Below, in pieces: positions 30,466-40,766 of a DNA stretch of 51,006 nucleotides. The position numbers and the translations under genes were made by a program. The DNA is taken from the sequence record SRR20825019_620, one strand, 5' to 3'. Numbering within the stretch: position 1 is the first letter of the stretch; the number at the start of each line of letters is the position of its first letter. The notes beneath the pieces are model-generated. The model made no database searches, was not told the origin of the DNA, and worked only from the letters and a program-made list of their open reading frames with translations.

Positions 30466-30976
30466 CTACAAAGAAAAATTACCTAAAATCACCACTTTTA
30501 TTTTTGACGTCGATGGAGTCATGACCAATGGTGAAGTACTTTTATTCGCTGATGAATTTGTGCGTACGCTCAACTCCAAAGATGCTTACGCGCTTCAGTA
30601 TGCACATAAGAAAGGATACCGTGTTTTAGTGATCACTGGAGGTTCTTCCGAAAGACTAAAAGAACGTCTTCTCGGATTAGGAGTAGACGAAGTTTGTTTA
30701 CTATCTAAAAACAAACTAGCGGTTTATCAAACACTGAAGGAAAAGTATGGATTCACTGATGAAGAAAGTCTATACATGGGAGATGACATTCCAGATTACG
30801 AAGTGATGAAAGTTGTTGGAGTTTCTTGTTGTCCGCAAGATTCCGCTGTAGAAATTAAAGCAATTGTCGATTACCAATCTCCTTTAGCTGGTGGAAAGGC
30901 ATGTGTCCGCGATGTTATCGAACAAACGATGCGTGTTCAGGGAACTTGGTTCACAGAAGGAGCAATTGAATGGTAA
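30458..30976 (+). CDS. kdsC: HAD-IIIA phosphatase, KdsC (KDO 8-phosphate phosphatase) family
   Basis: FDVDGVMT, ITGG, YMGDDIPD, GGKACVRDVIE; ATG 30458 overlaps the upstream stop region. Confidence 0.85.
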   Translation: MISYKEKLPKITTFIFDVDGVMTNGEVLLFADEFVRTLNSKDAYALQYAHKKGYRVLVITGGSSERLKERLLGLGVDEVCLLSKNKLAVYQTLKEKYGFTDEESLYMGDDIPDYEVMKVVGVSCCPQDSAVEIKAIVDYQSPLAGGKACVRDVIEQTMRVQGTWFTEGAIEW

Positions 30977-31037
30977 TCACAACTAGGAACCTTCAGTAAT
31001 TTCTGAACATTTTTTGAGAGGGATCAGAATCTTCCGA

Positions 31038-32504
31038 CTAATGATTTATTACAATTTTTCTAGTTCTTGAACCTTCCCCGACTTCTGAAGTCAAATAATA
31101 CATTCCAGAGCTGAGGTGACTTACATCAATTGTTGATTGAGAGTAAAGCGTTTCAGAATAAACCACCTTTCCGATGCTCGTAGTAAGTGTAAGTCGAATG
31201 GGCTCTCCCAATGACGATTTCACTGTTAAAAGATCATTCACAGGATTAGGATAAATCACCAAACCATCTTCAATCACGTTTTCTCCAATGGAAACTAAAT
31301 TGTAAAATGTGTGCGGATAATTTCCATCTGGATAGGTATCATTCGGTCCAATTTTCGCGACAACGATATGGTTTACACCTTGAGTTCCTTCGCTACTTGT
31401 TTTTCCAACAAAAATAGCACCGCCATCGCTTGTAGGAATTACTTCACCACCTGTATCCGTTTTCGGAAAATTCAAATTTACTGCGTTTGCCTCCCATGCA
31501 AACATGTTTGAGTAACGTGAGATCGTAGCATCCTGCATTCCGTCAGGAAACGACCAATCATCAATGTAATCCGTTTCTAAAAACCAAGATGTTCCTGACC
31601 CGTAATGACAAAGACTAGTCATTTGTTGATTGAGAGAAAGCCCTCCTATGTATGAAAAATTGTGTGACCCATCAAAATTTAAGTCTACATAATATGGATC
31701 ATCATCAGAAGTCGAAGGACCATTCGCATAACCAACAGTCATTATTTGCACTCCAGGACGAATATCAATATCGTGTAAATAAGTGTTCCCAGGGTTTGGC
31801 ATTGTATCAGAAAACTCAATCACTCCATTTTCACGTATTCTGATAACCAATGCTTTGTTGTAGAGCGAATCAGGAACATAAGTTGTTCCCACCAAGAGAA
31901 AAACTGAATCCGTCAAAGGCGTCATTCCATGTAAATAATCATCGCCCAAATCAGTGCCAAGGGTTTTCGTCCAGAGCGTATCACCATCCTTGTCTGTCCG
32001 AACAATGAAAATATCTTGATTATCATTTGTAGGGGAAGCCGTTTCACCGATCATCATGACTCCAGTGTCTGGCATTATTGCAACATCCCAAACTCGATCC
32101 CATCCTTCACCTCCGTATGTTCTACTCCATAATTCATTCCCAGCCTCATCGGTTTTCACTAGGTAAAAATCGAAATCACCTCCACCGTAGGAATTACTAT
32201 ATCCTGCAATGTAAAATCCTACATTCTCTTTGTATAAAATTCGTCGACCACCTTCAGATTCAACACCACCATAATTGGTTGAGGAAAGGTAATTCCCCAT
32301 ACTATCTATTCTCAGCATAAACGCTTGAGAACTCGCTCCGTCGAATCCGCTTGATGAGCCCGTAATAGCATAACTGCTGTCAGGCAATTGAACAACGCCT
32401 TCTCCCGAATCGTCGCCATCGCTTGTGTAGAGATAAAAGAAATCAATTTGACCAATCACCCCTTGAGTGACGAATAAAAACAGTAAAAATCCTAAAATGC
32501 GCAT
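31038..32504 (-). CDS. T9SS type-A-CTD secreted protein with beta-propeller-like repeats
   Basis: Start moved to ATG 32504 (MRILGFLLFLFVTQGVIG-Q); repeats DFYLVKTDEAGNELWSRTYGG and DIFIVRTDKDGDTLWTKTLG; C-terminal IYPNPVND...IDVSHLSSGMYYL...KIVI. Confidence 0.9.
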   Translation of the reverse strand: MRILGFLLFLFVTQGVIGQIDFFYLYTSDGDDSGEGVVQLPDSSYAITGSSSGFDGASSQAFMLRIDSMGNYLSSTNYGGVESEGGRRILYKENVGFYIAGYSNSYGGGDFDFYLVKTDEAGNELWSRTYGGEGWDRVWDVAIMPDTGVMMIGETASPTNDNQDIFIVRTDKDGDTLWTKTLGTDLGDDYLHGMTPLTDSVFLLVGTTYVPDSLYNKALVIRIRENGVIEFSDTMPNPGNTYLHDIDIRPGVQIMTVGYANGPSTSDDDPYYVDLNFDGSHNFSYIGGLSLNQQMTSLCHYGSGTSWFLETDYIDDWSFPDGMQDATISRYSNMFAWEANAVNLNFPKTDTGGEVIPTSDGGAIFVGKTSSEGTQGVNHIVVAKIGPNDTYPDGNYPHTFYNLVSIGENVIEDGLVIYPNPVNDLLTVKSSLGEPIRLTLTTSIGKVVYSETLYSQSTIDVSHLSSGMYYLTSEVGEGSRTRKIVINH

Positions 32505-33715
32505 CTTAATCTTACATAAAGTGACTGTCCTCTCCCCTTTTTGGAAAGAGCACCATAAATATCCTCTGTTGCTATTCCAACAGAAATTTTGTTCCAATCT
32601 AAGCTAGAATAAACTCCACCTCGCAAATTAGTGAAACCGCCATATCCAACATTTGCACCAAAACTCAACCAATCGGTTGCTTTGAAATGAGCTCCTGCAT
32701 ACAAATATGGCACATAAATGAGCGTTGGAAACAATCGGATTCCGAAGAACGATTGCACCTTCTTATCTTTACTTCGATCCACGATTTTCCCTACTTGAAT
32801 AAATCCTGGTAACAAAAAAGTTCGTTTATCTAATGACGATGCGATTCCCAAAGTATCTAATATGTTCATACTATCACCAACTATTGCGTTCTCGCCAATT
32901 AGCTGATTCAGTTCAAAACCGCTATACGTAAATGTAGTATCTACTCTGTAGACTTTTTGTTTCTCGTATAAATGCGCTATTCCGATATTTCTAGCCTGAA
33001 ACTGAATGTATGCTATTTCACCTTCTTTAATGGAAATGGGCATTTTTATATCTACATCAATTCCTAATCCGAGGCCTTGGTTGAAATTACTCGAATTCGT
33101 AAATGCAAATTCACCGTCCATTAGCACAGTAATTGTATCCCCGTTAGCATCTTGAGCAACACTTCCTTTTCTAAGGCCACCAAAGCCGTAATTGCTGACA
33201 TTATATGCATTCAGGGTAACACTTGATTTAGACTTTCGGTCTATAAATCCAAATCCAATTTTCTGATAAATCGTATACCCCATATCGAGTCCTGACAATT
33301 CTGCCGTGTCTCCCAAATATCGCTCATTGCCATACATTGCCAGTCCATAAGTATCTTTAGAATACAATGCACCGCCAAAAGCAGAATATCCTGCTTTACC
33401 AATAATTCCCCAATCTCTATTCTTAAACAACTTGACGTTGTAGTTGCGGTATTCAATTTCCGCGTTTAGGAATCCTCCTGCACGATTAATCCCTTTGTGA
33501 TGATCAAACGACGCATCTTTTATTTCATCTGTGACATAACCGCCACGAATAAACTTGGAGACAAGTGAATTTTCCAACCCAGAAGTACTGTATTCTCCAT
33601 TTCCAGACACAATGATCTCCTGGGACCTTATTAAACTGTCATATTGAATCGGCAACAATTGAGAAAACCCACTATTCCCAATAAAACAAAGCGATAAAAC
33701 GAGTATTCTTTTCAT
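32492..33715 (-). CDS. Probable outer-membrane beta-barrel protein (DUF5723-like)
   Basis: Signal peptide GFS-Q from ATG 33715; alternating Gly/aromatic strands, GLGLGIDVD, terminal Phe; family assignment tentative. Confidence 0.6.
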   Translation of the reverse strand: MKRILVLSLCFIGNSGFSQLLPIQYDSLIRSQEIIVSGNGEYSTSGLENSLVSKFIRGGYVTDEIKDASFDHHKGINRAGGFLNAEIEYRNYNVKLFKNRDWGIIGKAGYSAFGGALYSKDTYGLAMYGNERYLGDTAELSGLDMGYTIYQKIGFGFIDRKSKSSVTLNAYNVSNYGFGGLRKGSVAQDANGDTITVLMDGEFAFTNSSNFNQGLGLGIDVDIKMPISIKEGEIAYIQFQARNIGIAHLYEKQKVYRVDTTFTYSGFELNQLIGENAIVGDSMNILDTLGIASSLDKRTFLLPGFIQVGKIVDRSKDKKVQSFFGIRLFPTLIYVPYLYAGAHFKATDWLSFGANVGYGGFTNLRGGVYSSLDWNKISVGIATEDIYGALSKKGRGQSLYVRLRCAF

Positions 33716-33733
33716 AGTCAACAATCTCATCAC

Positions 33734-35320
33734 TTAAAATCTATTTTCTGTTTTGAAACTCGCCTTTAGCTTCACTGCTAAGAAAGCTCCTGCGGGAATA
33801 CTCATTGGTTGATTAAGATTCGTTGTAACGTCCATTGAATCAAACTCCGATTGAATAATTACATACTTCACCTCATTCGTTTTTTCTAAGAGGGATTCTG
33901 GAAACACAAAATTCACTTCTGAATTCGACACATTTAAACTATGCTCTGCATTAAAAGTTCCAAACTGAGATGCGGTTAATGGAGAAGAGCCGTGCAAGGT
34001 TCCAACAATCTGTTTTTTTGCGTTGAGAAGAATTAATTTCATATCGGCTGAAAATGGAAATCCATTACTCGCCTTTAAAACTAAATTTCCGGAGACAATG
34101 TGTGTTTTTTTGGTGTTCTGTTCTAAACTTAAATCAAATGTATCTCTGACAACCAAATCGTTGAATCCAATTGTGAGTGGCATCGTTGCTCGAAGGTTTA
34201 CTTTCAACCTACTTTGTGGGTAAATCTCGTCCGTACCTCCCGATACATTCCCCCAAGGATTCAATTGTACCTTATAGCCTAACTTATATTTGTTCCCAAG
34301 GTTTTCTAAGAAATTCTCGACATTACTGTTTCCTTGATTGAATTCTATCGTTTTTACTGATGGCGTAAGAGTTGACCAACTTCCAACCGCTGGATTTATA
34401 TTGAATGTTGATCCCAACTGCGGATGAGTTAAATTGATTGTATTCCCAACAGTGTTCGTGCTAGAAACAGTTGTCAACAATCCATTAGCAGATACCTTAA
34501 CTCCATTCTCAAGCTCAAACTTAACCGTAGATGCTGGCAAATCAATCGTACCTGATTGAATTAGATTCATGATATCCAGATTTATATCGGTCGTATCTGA
34601 AATAATTCTATCTCCAAAATAGCCCTTTGCATAATTGACTTCTACATCACGAAGGGTCACTTTAATTTTTACGATGTCCGTATTACTTAAAACGACTGTT
34701 GGTCCAGCTGGATCTGATGTCACTTTAATATCAGCTCTAATCGTATTTCTCATTGCTCCATTCGCACCAGTGAGATCAAGTTTGAATCCAGTTAAATCAA
34801 CTGTTCTTGTTATCACTCCAGGGTTAGCATTACTTCCCGCAGCAGCCACATAAGTTTCGTCAAAAGCAACTCCTTGCTTTGAAACACCTGGCAAATCCAC
34901 ATTAAAAAACGCCTTTGTTCCAGCTGGGTTGCGCACTTCCACGTCGATAAACCCTTTCTTAAGAATCACTTCCTTTAGTTCAACATCTGCGATTGCTAGA
35001 TTAAAGTTCTCGGCTTCGTTGACAAAAGTATAACCAGGAGGCACATTAATAAATGCGAATGCGATCGAATAGTCCGTGGAAATTGTAGTGTCAGGAATTT
35101 GAACCAAATCATTAATATTTAGATCAAAAAGCGATCTTTTCAAATCCATGACATAGTAACCACCAGATGTTGTGAGTGTAGAATCGTTCATTAAATTCTC
35201 CAATGATAAGGTATCACTGATTAGTGGAGCGCTCCAATCTGAATTCCAAATGGTCGGCTCTTTCTTACAACTCCAGGCTGCAACTAATAAAATCGGGAGT
35301 AAATACTTTAGTTTTCGCAT
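33734..35320 (-). CDS. Beta-rich outer-membrane lipoprotein of unknown function
   Basis: Lipobox AWSC followed by KKEP; beta-strand-rich; directly upstream of the barrel gene. Confidence 0.8.
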   Translation of the reverse strand: MRKLKYLLPILLVAAWSCKKEPTIWNSDWSAPLISDTLSLENLMNDSTLTTSGGYYVMDLKRSLFDLNINDLVQIPDTTISTDYSIAFAFINVPPGYTFVNEAENFNLAIADVELKEVILKKGFIDVEVRNPAGTKAFFNVDLPGVSKQGVAFDETYVAAAGSNANPGVITRTVDLTGFKLDLTGANGAMRNTIRADIKVTSDPAGPTVVLSNTDIVKIKVTLRDVEVNYAKGYFGDRIISDTTDINLDIMNLIQSGTIDLPASTVKFELENGVKVSANGLLTTVSSTNTVGNTINLTHPQLGSTFNINPAVGSWSTLTPSVKTIEFNQGNSNVENFLENLGNKYKLGYKVQLNPWGNVSGGTDEIYPQSRLKVNLRATMPLTIGFNDLVVRDTFDLSLEQNTKKTHIVSGNLVLKASNGFPFSADMKLILLNAKKQIVGTLHGSSPLTASQFGTFNAEHSLNVSNSEVNFVFPESLLEKTNEVKYVIIQSEFDSMDVTTNLNQPMSIPAGAFLAVKLKASFKTENRF

Positions 35321-35356
35321 CGTAGTAAAGACGTATAATTTGTTAAAATGGTTGGG

Positions 35357-36568
35357 CTAAGCGCGCTCTATGATAGTTGCGTAACCTTGACCAACACCAA
35401 TACACATAGACACTAATGCATATCGTTTGTTCGTTTTCTGTAATTCCAACGCCGCCGTGTGTAAAATTCGTGCGCCTGTCATTCCAAGTGGATGTCCAAG
35501 TGCGATTGCTCCTCCATTTGGGTTAATCCGTGGATCGTTGTCTGCCAATCCCATTTTACGTGTACAAGCCAACACTTGCGCTGCAAATGCCTCATTCAAC
35601 TCAAGAATATCCATTTGATCTAATGTCAACCCTGTTCGTTGAAGTACCTTTTCTGAAGCATACACTGGTCCAATCCCCATAATTCTCGGTTCAACACCAG
35701 CTACAGCAGCTCCAACTATTCTAGCAAGCGGTTTCATATTGTGCTGCTTAACGGCATCTTCTGAAGCAACCAAAAGTGCTGCTGCACCATCATTCAGTCC
35801 TGAAGAATTTCCTGCAGTAACAGAACCACCTTCTCGCTTAAACGCGGGTCGTAACTTAGACAAACCTTCCGCCGTAGTTTCTCCGCGAACAAACTCATCC
35901 GTTTGAAATATTAAATCATCTTTTTTTCTTTGAGGAATTGCTACGGGAACAATTTCTTCAGCCAAACGACCCGATAAAATTGCGGCATTTGCCTTTTGTT
36001 GAGACCACGCAGCGAATTGATCTTGTGCTTCACGCTCAATTCCATATAATTCAACTAGGTTTTCAGCAGTATTCCCCATTCCATCAGTTCCGTAAAGCTC
36101 TTCCATTTTAGGATTGATGAAACGCCATCCAAACGACGAATCGAACATCTCTGAATCTCTTCCAAATGGAGTCGATGCTTTAGAAATCACCCAAGGTCCA
36201 CGTGTCATATTTTCAACACCTCCAGAAATATAAATATCCCCAGCTCCATCTTTAATTGCTCGCGCCGCATTAATCGTCGAAGCCATTCCTGAAGCACACA
36301 ATCGATTAACCGTTTCACCACCTACTTGCCATGGCAGTCCAGCCAATAAACCTGACATTCTCGCCACGTTTCTGTTGTCTTCACCAGCCTGATTAGCGCA
36401 TCCGAAAATAACATCTTCAATTAAAGTCGGATCAAACTGCCCGTTTCTCTTCAAAAGTTCTTTGATTACGTGAGCTCCCAAATCGTCTGTTCTAACTGGG
36501 GCCAACGTTCCACCAAAATTTCCTATCGCTGTGCGGATTCCATCCACAATAAATACATCCTTCGCCAT
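35357..36568 (-). CDS. pcaF: Thiolase, 3-oxoadipyl-CoA thiolase (PcaF/PaaJ) subfamily
   Basis: GCANQAGEDNRNVARM, NRLCASG, GWRFINP, NEAFAAQ, GHPLG, MCIGVGQG. Confidence 0.85.
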   Translation of the reverse strand: MAKDVFIVDGIRTAIGNFGGTLAPVRTDDLGAHVIKELLKRNGQFDPTLIEDVIFGCANQAGEDNRNVARMSGLLAGLPWQVGGETVNRLCASGMASTINAARAIKDGAGDIYISGGVENMTRGPWVISKASTPFGRDSEMFDSSFGWRFINPKMEELYGTDGMGNTAENLVELYGIEREAQDQFAAWSQQKANAAILSGRLAEEIVPVAIPQRKKDDLIFQTDEFVRGETTAEGLSKLRPAFKREGGSVTAGNSSGLNDGAAALLVASEDAVKQHNMKPLARIVGAAVAGVEPRIMGIGPVYASEKVLQRTGLTLDQMDILELNEAFAAQVLACTRKMGLADNDPRINPNGGAIALGHPLGMTGARILHTAALELQKTNKRYALVSMCIGVGQGYATIIERA

Positions 36569-36679
36569 AAATTACTATTGAATGCTAAAGTTAACATTTT
36601 TGACATTGTTGAAAACTTCTAACCTCATTCTAGGCACAAAGTTTGTAACTTAGAAATCCGAATTTTAAACCATCTTAGC

Positions 36680-37780
36680 GTGATACAACCAAAAACTCTA
36701 CTCGTTGCTCTGGCGACACTCATTTCGACTTCGTCGTTCTGTCAACTAGACGAACTGACCCCTGAAGAGAAAGCTTATCGAGACTCTATTAAAGCCCTAA
36801 ATCTCGAAAATCAGGCAATTGCAAGCAGTCAAGAAGCCTACAATCAAGGAATTGAATTATTCACTCAGAAGAAATTTACTGCTTCGATTGACAAATTCAG
36901 TGAATCCATTAAACATGACCCGAATTTCACAGCGGCCTATTACAACAAAGGAGTTGCGGAAAATGAGGCCGAAAGATATGAAGCAGCCGAAAAAACGCTT
37001 ACAAAACTCATTGAGCTAAAGCCTAGTTATTCAAAAGCGTATTTCCAAAGAGGAAAAGCCTATCAAGGATTGAATACTTATTTGAAAGCTGAGTTGGATT
37101 ACGAACAATCGATTAAACTTGATCCTTCAAATCCAAAAGCATACTACAATTTTGGTACGTTGCGCTTTCTTCAGCAAGATTATCTTGGTGCAATTAAGCA
37201 TTTTACCAAAACAATTGAACTGAATCCGAATGATGTAAACGCATTGAACGATAGAGGGTCATCTTACCGCATGCTCGGTGAATACTCGAAAGCAATTGTC
37301 GATTACGAAGCTGCAGTTAAGAAAAACCCAGAATTGGCATTTGTTCTTAACAATATCGGAACTACAAAATCAAAAATGAAAGATTATGCTGGCGCTTTGA
37401 ATGCATTCAATCGAGCTATTTCAATTGACTCAAAATTCCACCTAGCGTATAACAACCGTGGTGTAGTGCAATTGAATCAAGGTCGATTAGACGATGCTGT
37501 AAAAGATTTCACGAAGGCATTGGAAGTTAAACCAGATTATTCGCCAGCAGCATCCAACTTGAGTGGCGTTCATTTCAAACGCAAAGAATACGATAAAGCG
37601 TTGGAATTTGCGAACAAAGCTATAAAAATGGATCCTTCGAACGCTTCGGCCTATGTTAACCGAGGTAATGCAAAAGAAATGCTTCGCGATATGAATGGTG
37701 CATGCGAGGATTGGCATAAAGCCGCTGAACTTGGATCAGAAGCAGGTAAGAATTTTAATGCAGGGAATTGCGCGAACTAA
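36680..37780 (+). CDS. Secreted tetratricopeptide-repeat protein
   Basis: Signal peptide; about nine 34-aa repeats AYxNxG...A..DF.KAIE..P; GTG start. Confidence 0.92.
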   Translation: MIQPKTLLVALATLISTSSFCQLDELTPEEKAYRDSIKALNLENQAIASSQEAYNQGIELFTQKKFTASIDKFSESIKHDPNFTAAYYNKGVAENEAERYEAAEKTLTKLIELKPSYSKAYFQRGKAYQGLNTYLKAELDYEQSIKLDPSNPKAYYNFGTLRFLQQDYLGAIKHFTKTIELNPNDVNALNDRGSSYRMLGEYSKAIVDYEAAVKKNPELAFVLNNIGTTKSKMKDYAGALNAFNRAISIDSKFHLAYNNRGVVQLNQGRLDDAVKDFTKALEVKPDYSPAASNLSGVHFKRKEYDKALEFANKAIKMDPSNASAYVNRGNAKEMLRDMNGACEDWHKAAELGSEAGKNFNAGNCAN

Positions 37781-37790
37781 GAAAGAAATC

Positions 37791-39857
37791 ATGACAAAAT
37801 ACATACTTACATTAATACTATTCAGTGGAATTTCATTTGCTTTTTCGCAGAATGTAGATTTTAAATCATCAAATTTCAAAGATGATAAAGATGGACTTAA
37901 GAATGCAACCGATGCAATAAAAAAAGGAGATGATTTTTTTGCAATTGCCAACGAAGCGATCTTTCAGGTTCAAAACCCTGGTCTCAATTATGAGCTAGCG
38001 CTTACTGAGTTTATGAAAGCTCAAAAGTTCAATCCAAAAAATGCAGAATTAAACTTTAAAATTGGAGTTTGCTATGCCAATTCGCCTTACGCAGAAAAGT
38101 GTATTTCTTATATCAATGAAGCTTTCAAATTAGATCCAGCATGCGATCCTTTTATGAATTTCTATTATGGATACGCTCTTCAATTGGATGAGAAGTTCGA
38201 TGAGGCAGTTTCGGCATATTCAAAGTTCGAAAACGATTATAGAAAGGCTGATAATTTTAGCAAGTTCGTTTCGAAACGTAAAAAAGAATGCCAAGATGCG
38301 AAGAAAGCTCTTAGCGCGCCAATTCGTGCGTGGGTTGATAATATTTCTGAGCTAAATACGGAATTCAACGATTTCGCTCCTTCTGTTTCAACGGATGGAA
38401 GTGAACTTGTTTTGACGTCTGATCGCCCGAATAGTCACTCTCCAAATGCTGCAGGAAGTTATGACAAAGATATTTACTCGTCAACGCTTACAGATGGTAA
38501 ATGGGCAACATTGAAACCACTCAAAAATGTAAACACAAGTGCTGACGATGTATCAAACAATATTAGTTATGATGGAACAAAAATGTTACTACACAGAGAA
38601 GAAGATGGTCAAACAGACATTTTTGAAAGCAGATTAGTTGGCGCAGATTGGTCAGCAGCGGAAAAATTGCCCTTCCAAATCTCGTCGAAGAATTCAAATG
38701 AGGTGTACGCATCATATAGCGCGGACGGATGGAGTATTTACTTCGATCGCGACAATGCCACACGTTCTAACGGGTTTGAGGTAATGTATAGCAGTATGCA
38801 AAGTAAGATGCAGAAAAATTACATGGCTGCCCAAATGATTTCACCGGTGAATAGTAAATTCAACGAAGGACCAATTTATGTTCACTTGGATGGAGAAACG
38901 ATGTATATCGCATCTGAAGGAACTGGATCTTTGGGAGGATATGATATTTTCGTTTCTAAAAATGTCGGCGGAACATGGTCAACACCTGTAAATATGGGAT
39001 ATCCTATCAACACACCGTACGACGACTTCTTCTTCTCGGCAACTGCGAATGGTAAGTTTGCCTACATCGCGTCGAATAGAAAAGGTGGGAAAGGCGGTTA
39101 CGATATTTACAAAGTAACTTTCTGGGGAACTGAAAAGCAACCTGTATTGGCTACCGAAGATTATCTTTTAGCTTCAGTTGTAAATCCAATGAAAGACAAC
39201 ACGATTGAGTCTACAGTGGATGTGAACAAGAAATCATTTACCGTGTTTAAGGGAATCACCATTGATGCGATTTCTAGAAAACCAGTAGAAGCCGAAATTG
39301 AAATCACGGACAATTCCTCAGGAAAAGTTATCGAGACATTTACAACCAATAGTGCAACTGGTAAGTTTATTATCACCTTGGCTTCAGGGAAAAATTATGG
39401 AATTGCGGTAAAAGCAAATGGATACTTATTCCACTCAGAAAATTTCGATCTTCCAAAAGGAAGCGCCGATAACCTTGTCAATAAAGTGATTGAATTGAAA
39501 AATATTGCTGTTGGAAGCAAGATTGCTTTGAGAAATATTTTCTTCGATACCGGGAAATCGATTCTACGTTCAGAATCTAACGCCGAGCTGGATCGATTGG
39601 TTCAGTTACTGAAAGATGTCCCTGGATTAAAAGTGGAGATTTCAGGTCACACAGACAACACGGGTTCTGCGACATTGAACAATAGCTTATCGCAAGAAAG
39701 AGCACAAGCGGTTGTAACCTATTTAACAGGAAAAGGTATTTCTGCGAACAGAATGACTGCCAAAGGATATGGTTCCAGTTCTCCTATTGGTCCAAACACG
39801 ACTTCAGATGGACGTCAACAAAACAGAAGAACCGAGTTTGAGATAACAGCCAATTAA
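37791..39857 (+). CDS. OmpA-family protein with TPR, PD40 propeller and carboxypeptidase-regulatory-like domains (PorE-like architecture)
   Basis: Start moved to ATG 37791 (signal peptide AFS-Q); GGYDIF...NMGYPINTPYDD...GGYDIY; NIFFDTGK, EISGHTDNTG, LSQERAQAV, NRRTEF. Confidence 0.9.
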   Translation: MTKYILTLILFSGISFAFSQNVDFKSSNFKDDKDGLKNATDAIKKGDDFFAIANEAIFQVQNPGLNYELALTEFMKAQKFNPKNAELNFKIGVCYANSPYAEKCISYINEAFKLDPACDPFMNFYYGYALQLDEKFDEAVSAYSKFENDYRKADNFSKFVSKRKKECQDAKKALSAPIRAWVDNISELNTEFNDFAPSVSTDGSELVLTSDRPNSHSPNAAGSYDKDIYSSTLTDGKWATLKPLKNVNTSADDVSNNISYDGTKMLLHREEDGQTDIFESRLVGADWSAAEKLPFQISSKNSNEVYASYSADGWSIYFDRDNATRSNGFEVMYSSMQSKMQKNYMAAQMISPVNSKFNEGPIYVHLDGETMYIASEGTGSLGGYDIFVSKNVGGTWSTPVNMGYPINTPYDDFFFSATANGKFAYIASNRKGGKGGYDIYKVTFWGTEKQPVLATEDYLLASVVNPMKDNTIESTVDVNKKSFTVFKGITIDAISRKPVEAEIEITDNSSGKVIETFTTNSATGKFIITLASGKNYGIAVKANGYLFHSENFDLPKGSADNLVNKVIELKNIAVGSKIALRNIFFDTGKSILRSESNAELDRLVQLLKDVPGLKVEISGHTDNTGSATLNNSLSQERAQAVVTYLTGKGISANRMTAKGYGSSSPIGPNTTSDGRQQNRRTEFEITAN

Positions 39858-39897
39858 ACCTACTTATCGTATTTTTAGGAATGCGACGAAATTACTT

Positions 39898-39937
39898 TTA
39901 GGTTAGGAGTCAGTATATTACTGGCTCCTAAATCTAA
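39898..39937 (+). terminator. Strong hairpin after the OmpA gene (terminator or mRNA-stabilising)
   Basis: TTAGGAGTCAGTA-TAT-TACTGGCTCCTAA, extendable past one bulge; no clear U-tract. Confidence 0.5.
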
Positions 39938-40028
39938 CTTAACTAGCTATAAATAAACCAACTACTTCTTTTAGCTCACCTCATCACTACACTCCATCCA
40001 AGAATATTGCCGAAGTAAGATCGCAAAT

Positions 40029-40055
40029 TGTAAGATTCAACTACTCTTTTCGTCT
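40029..40055 (+). promoter_or_regulatory. Possible ECF sigma promoter TGTAAG-N16-CGTCT for the DUF2064-SusC-SusD operon
   Basis: Bipartite motif 24 nt before the TTG start; no exact TAnnTTTG noticed nearby. Confidence 0.5.
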
Positions 40056-40079
40056 CATACTCAAACTACTTTACTTGTT

Positions 40080-40766
40080 TTGAAAAATAACACGGCAATA
40101 CTGGTTTTTATTAGATCAGTGGACAGCGAAGTCACTGTAAAGCGTCTTCTCCCGAACGAGACTTCAAAGAATCGTTCGCTGTGGCAGTTATTGAACAATC
40201 GAGCCATTGAAACTGCGAAATCAACAGAGCTTCCGGTTATCGTTATTGATTCGAAAATTCAGCAAGGAAATACGTTTTCCGAACGATTTCACAATGCATT
40301 TCAGCAAGTGTTTAGTTTGGGCTACACGCACGTTATCTCTATCGGTAACGACACACCGAACTTATCCCGTGTACATCTAGATGAACTTACTGAAAAACTA
40401 TCCCGAACGGATGTCGTGATTGGAAAAACACAACGCGGATTTTATTCAGTCGGACTTTCCAAAAAAGCATTTCAAAAATTAAATTTCGAAACCCTTCACT
40501 GGAGAGAACGTACACTCTACGATTCAATTATTTCGCATTCGGTAAACCAAGAACTTTCCATTGAACAATTGGATGAGCAATTATTGGAATTAAATACATT
40601 CTATGATCTCTGTGAATTTCGGGCGCAAGCAAAAATAAACGGAATCAATTGTTCGTTTATTTCTCAATTCTTGCGCCGAGTATGGAATTCTATTCCACCC
40701 AATAAACTCCCTATTTTACATGTAAACCAAGAAGTTTATTTCAGAGGACCTCCAATCTACGCTTAG
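40080..40766 (+). CDS. Degenerate DUF2064/TIGR04282-like transferase-fold protein with C-terminal RGPP
   Basis: AILVFIR...KRL, QQGNTFSERFHNAF, VISIGNDTPNL, DVVIG...GFYSVGL, LHW; ends YFRGPPIYA*; TTG start. Confidence 0.75.
   Translation: MKNNTAILVFIRSVDSEVTVKRLLPNETSKNRSLWQLLNNRAIETAKSTELPVIVIDSKIQQGNTFSERFHNAFQQVFSLGYTHVISIGNDTPNLSRVHLDELTEKLSRTDVVIGKTQRGFYSVGLSKKAFQKLNFETLHWRERTLYDSIISHSVNQELSIEQLDEQLLELNTFYDLCEFRAQAKINGINCSFISQFLRRVWNSIPPNKLPILHVNQEVYFRGPPIYA

Noticed and set aside
35357-36568. PcaF-like thiolase as evidence of an aromatic degradation cluster
   Set aside because: No other pca or paa genes in the window; the subfamily call does not fix the substrate
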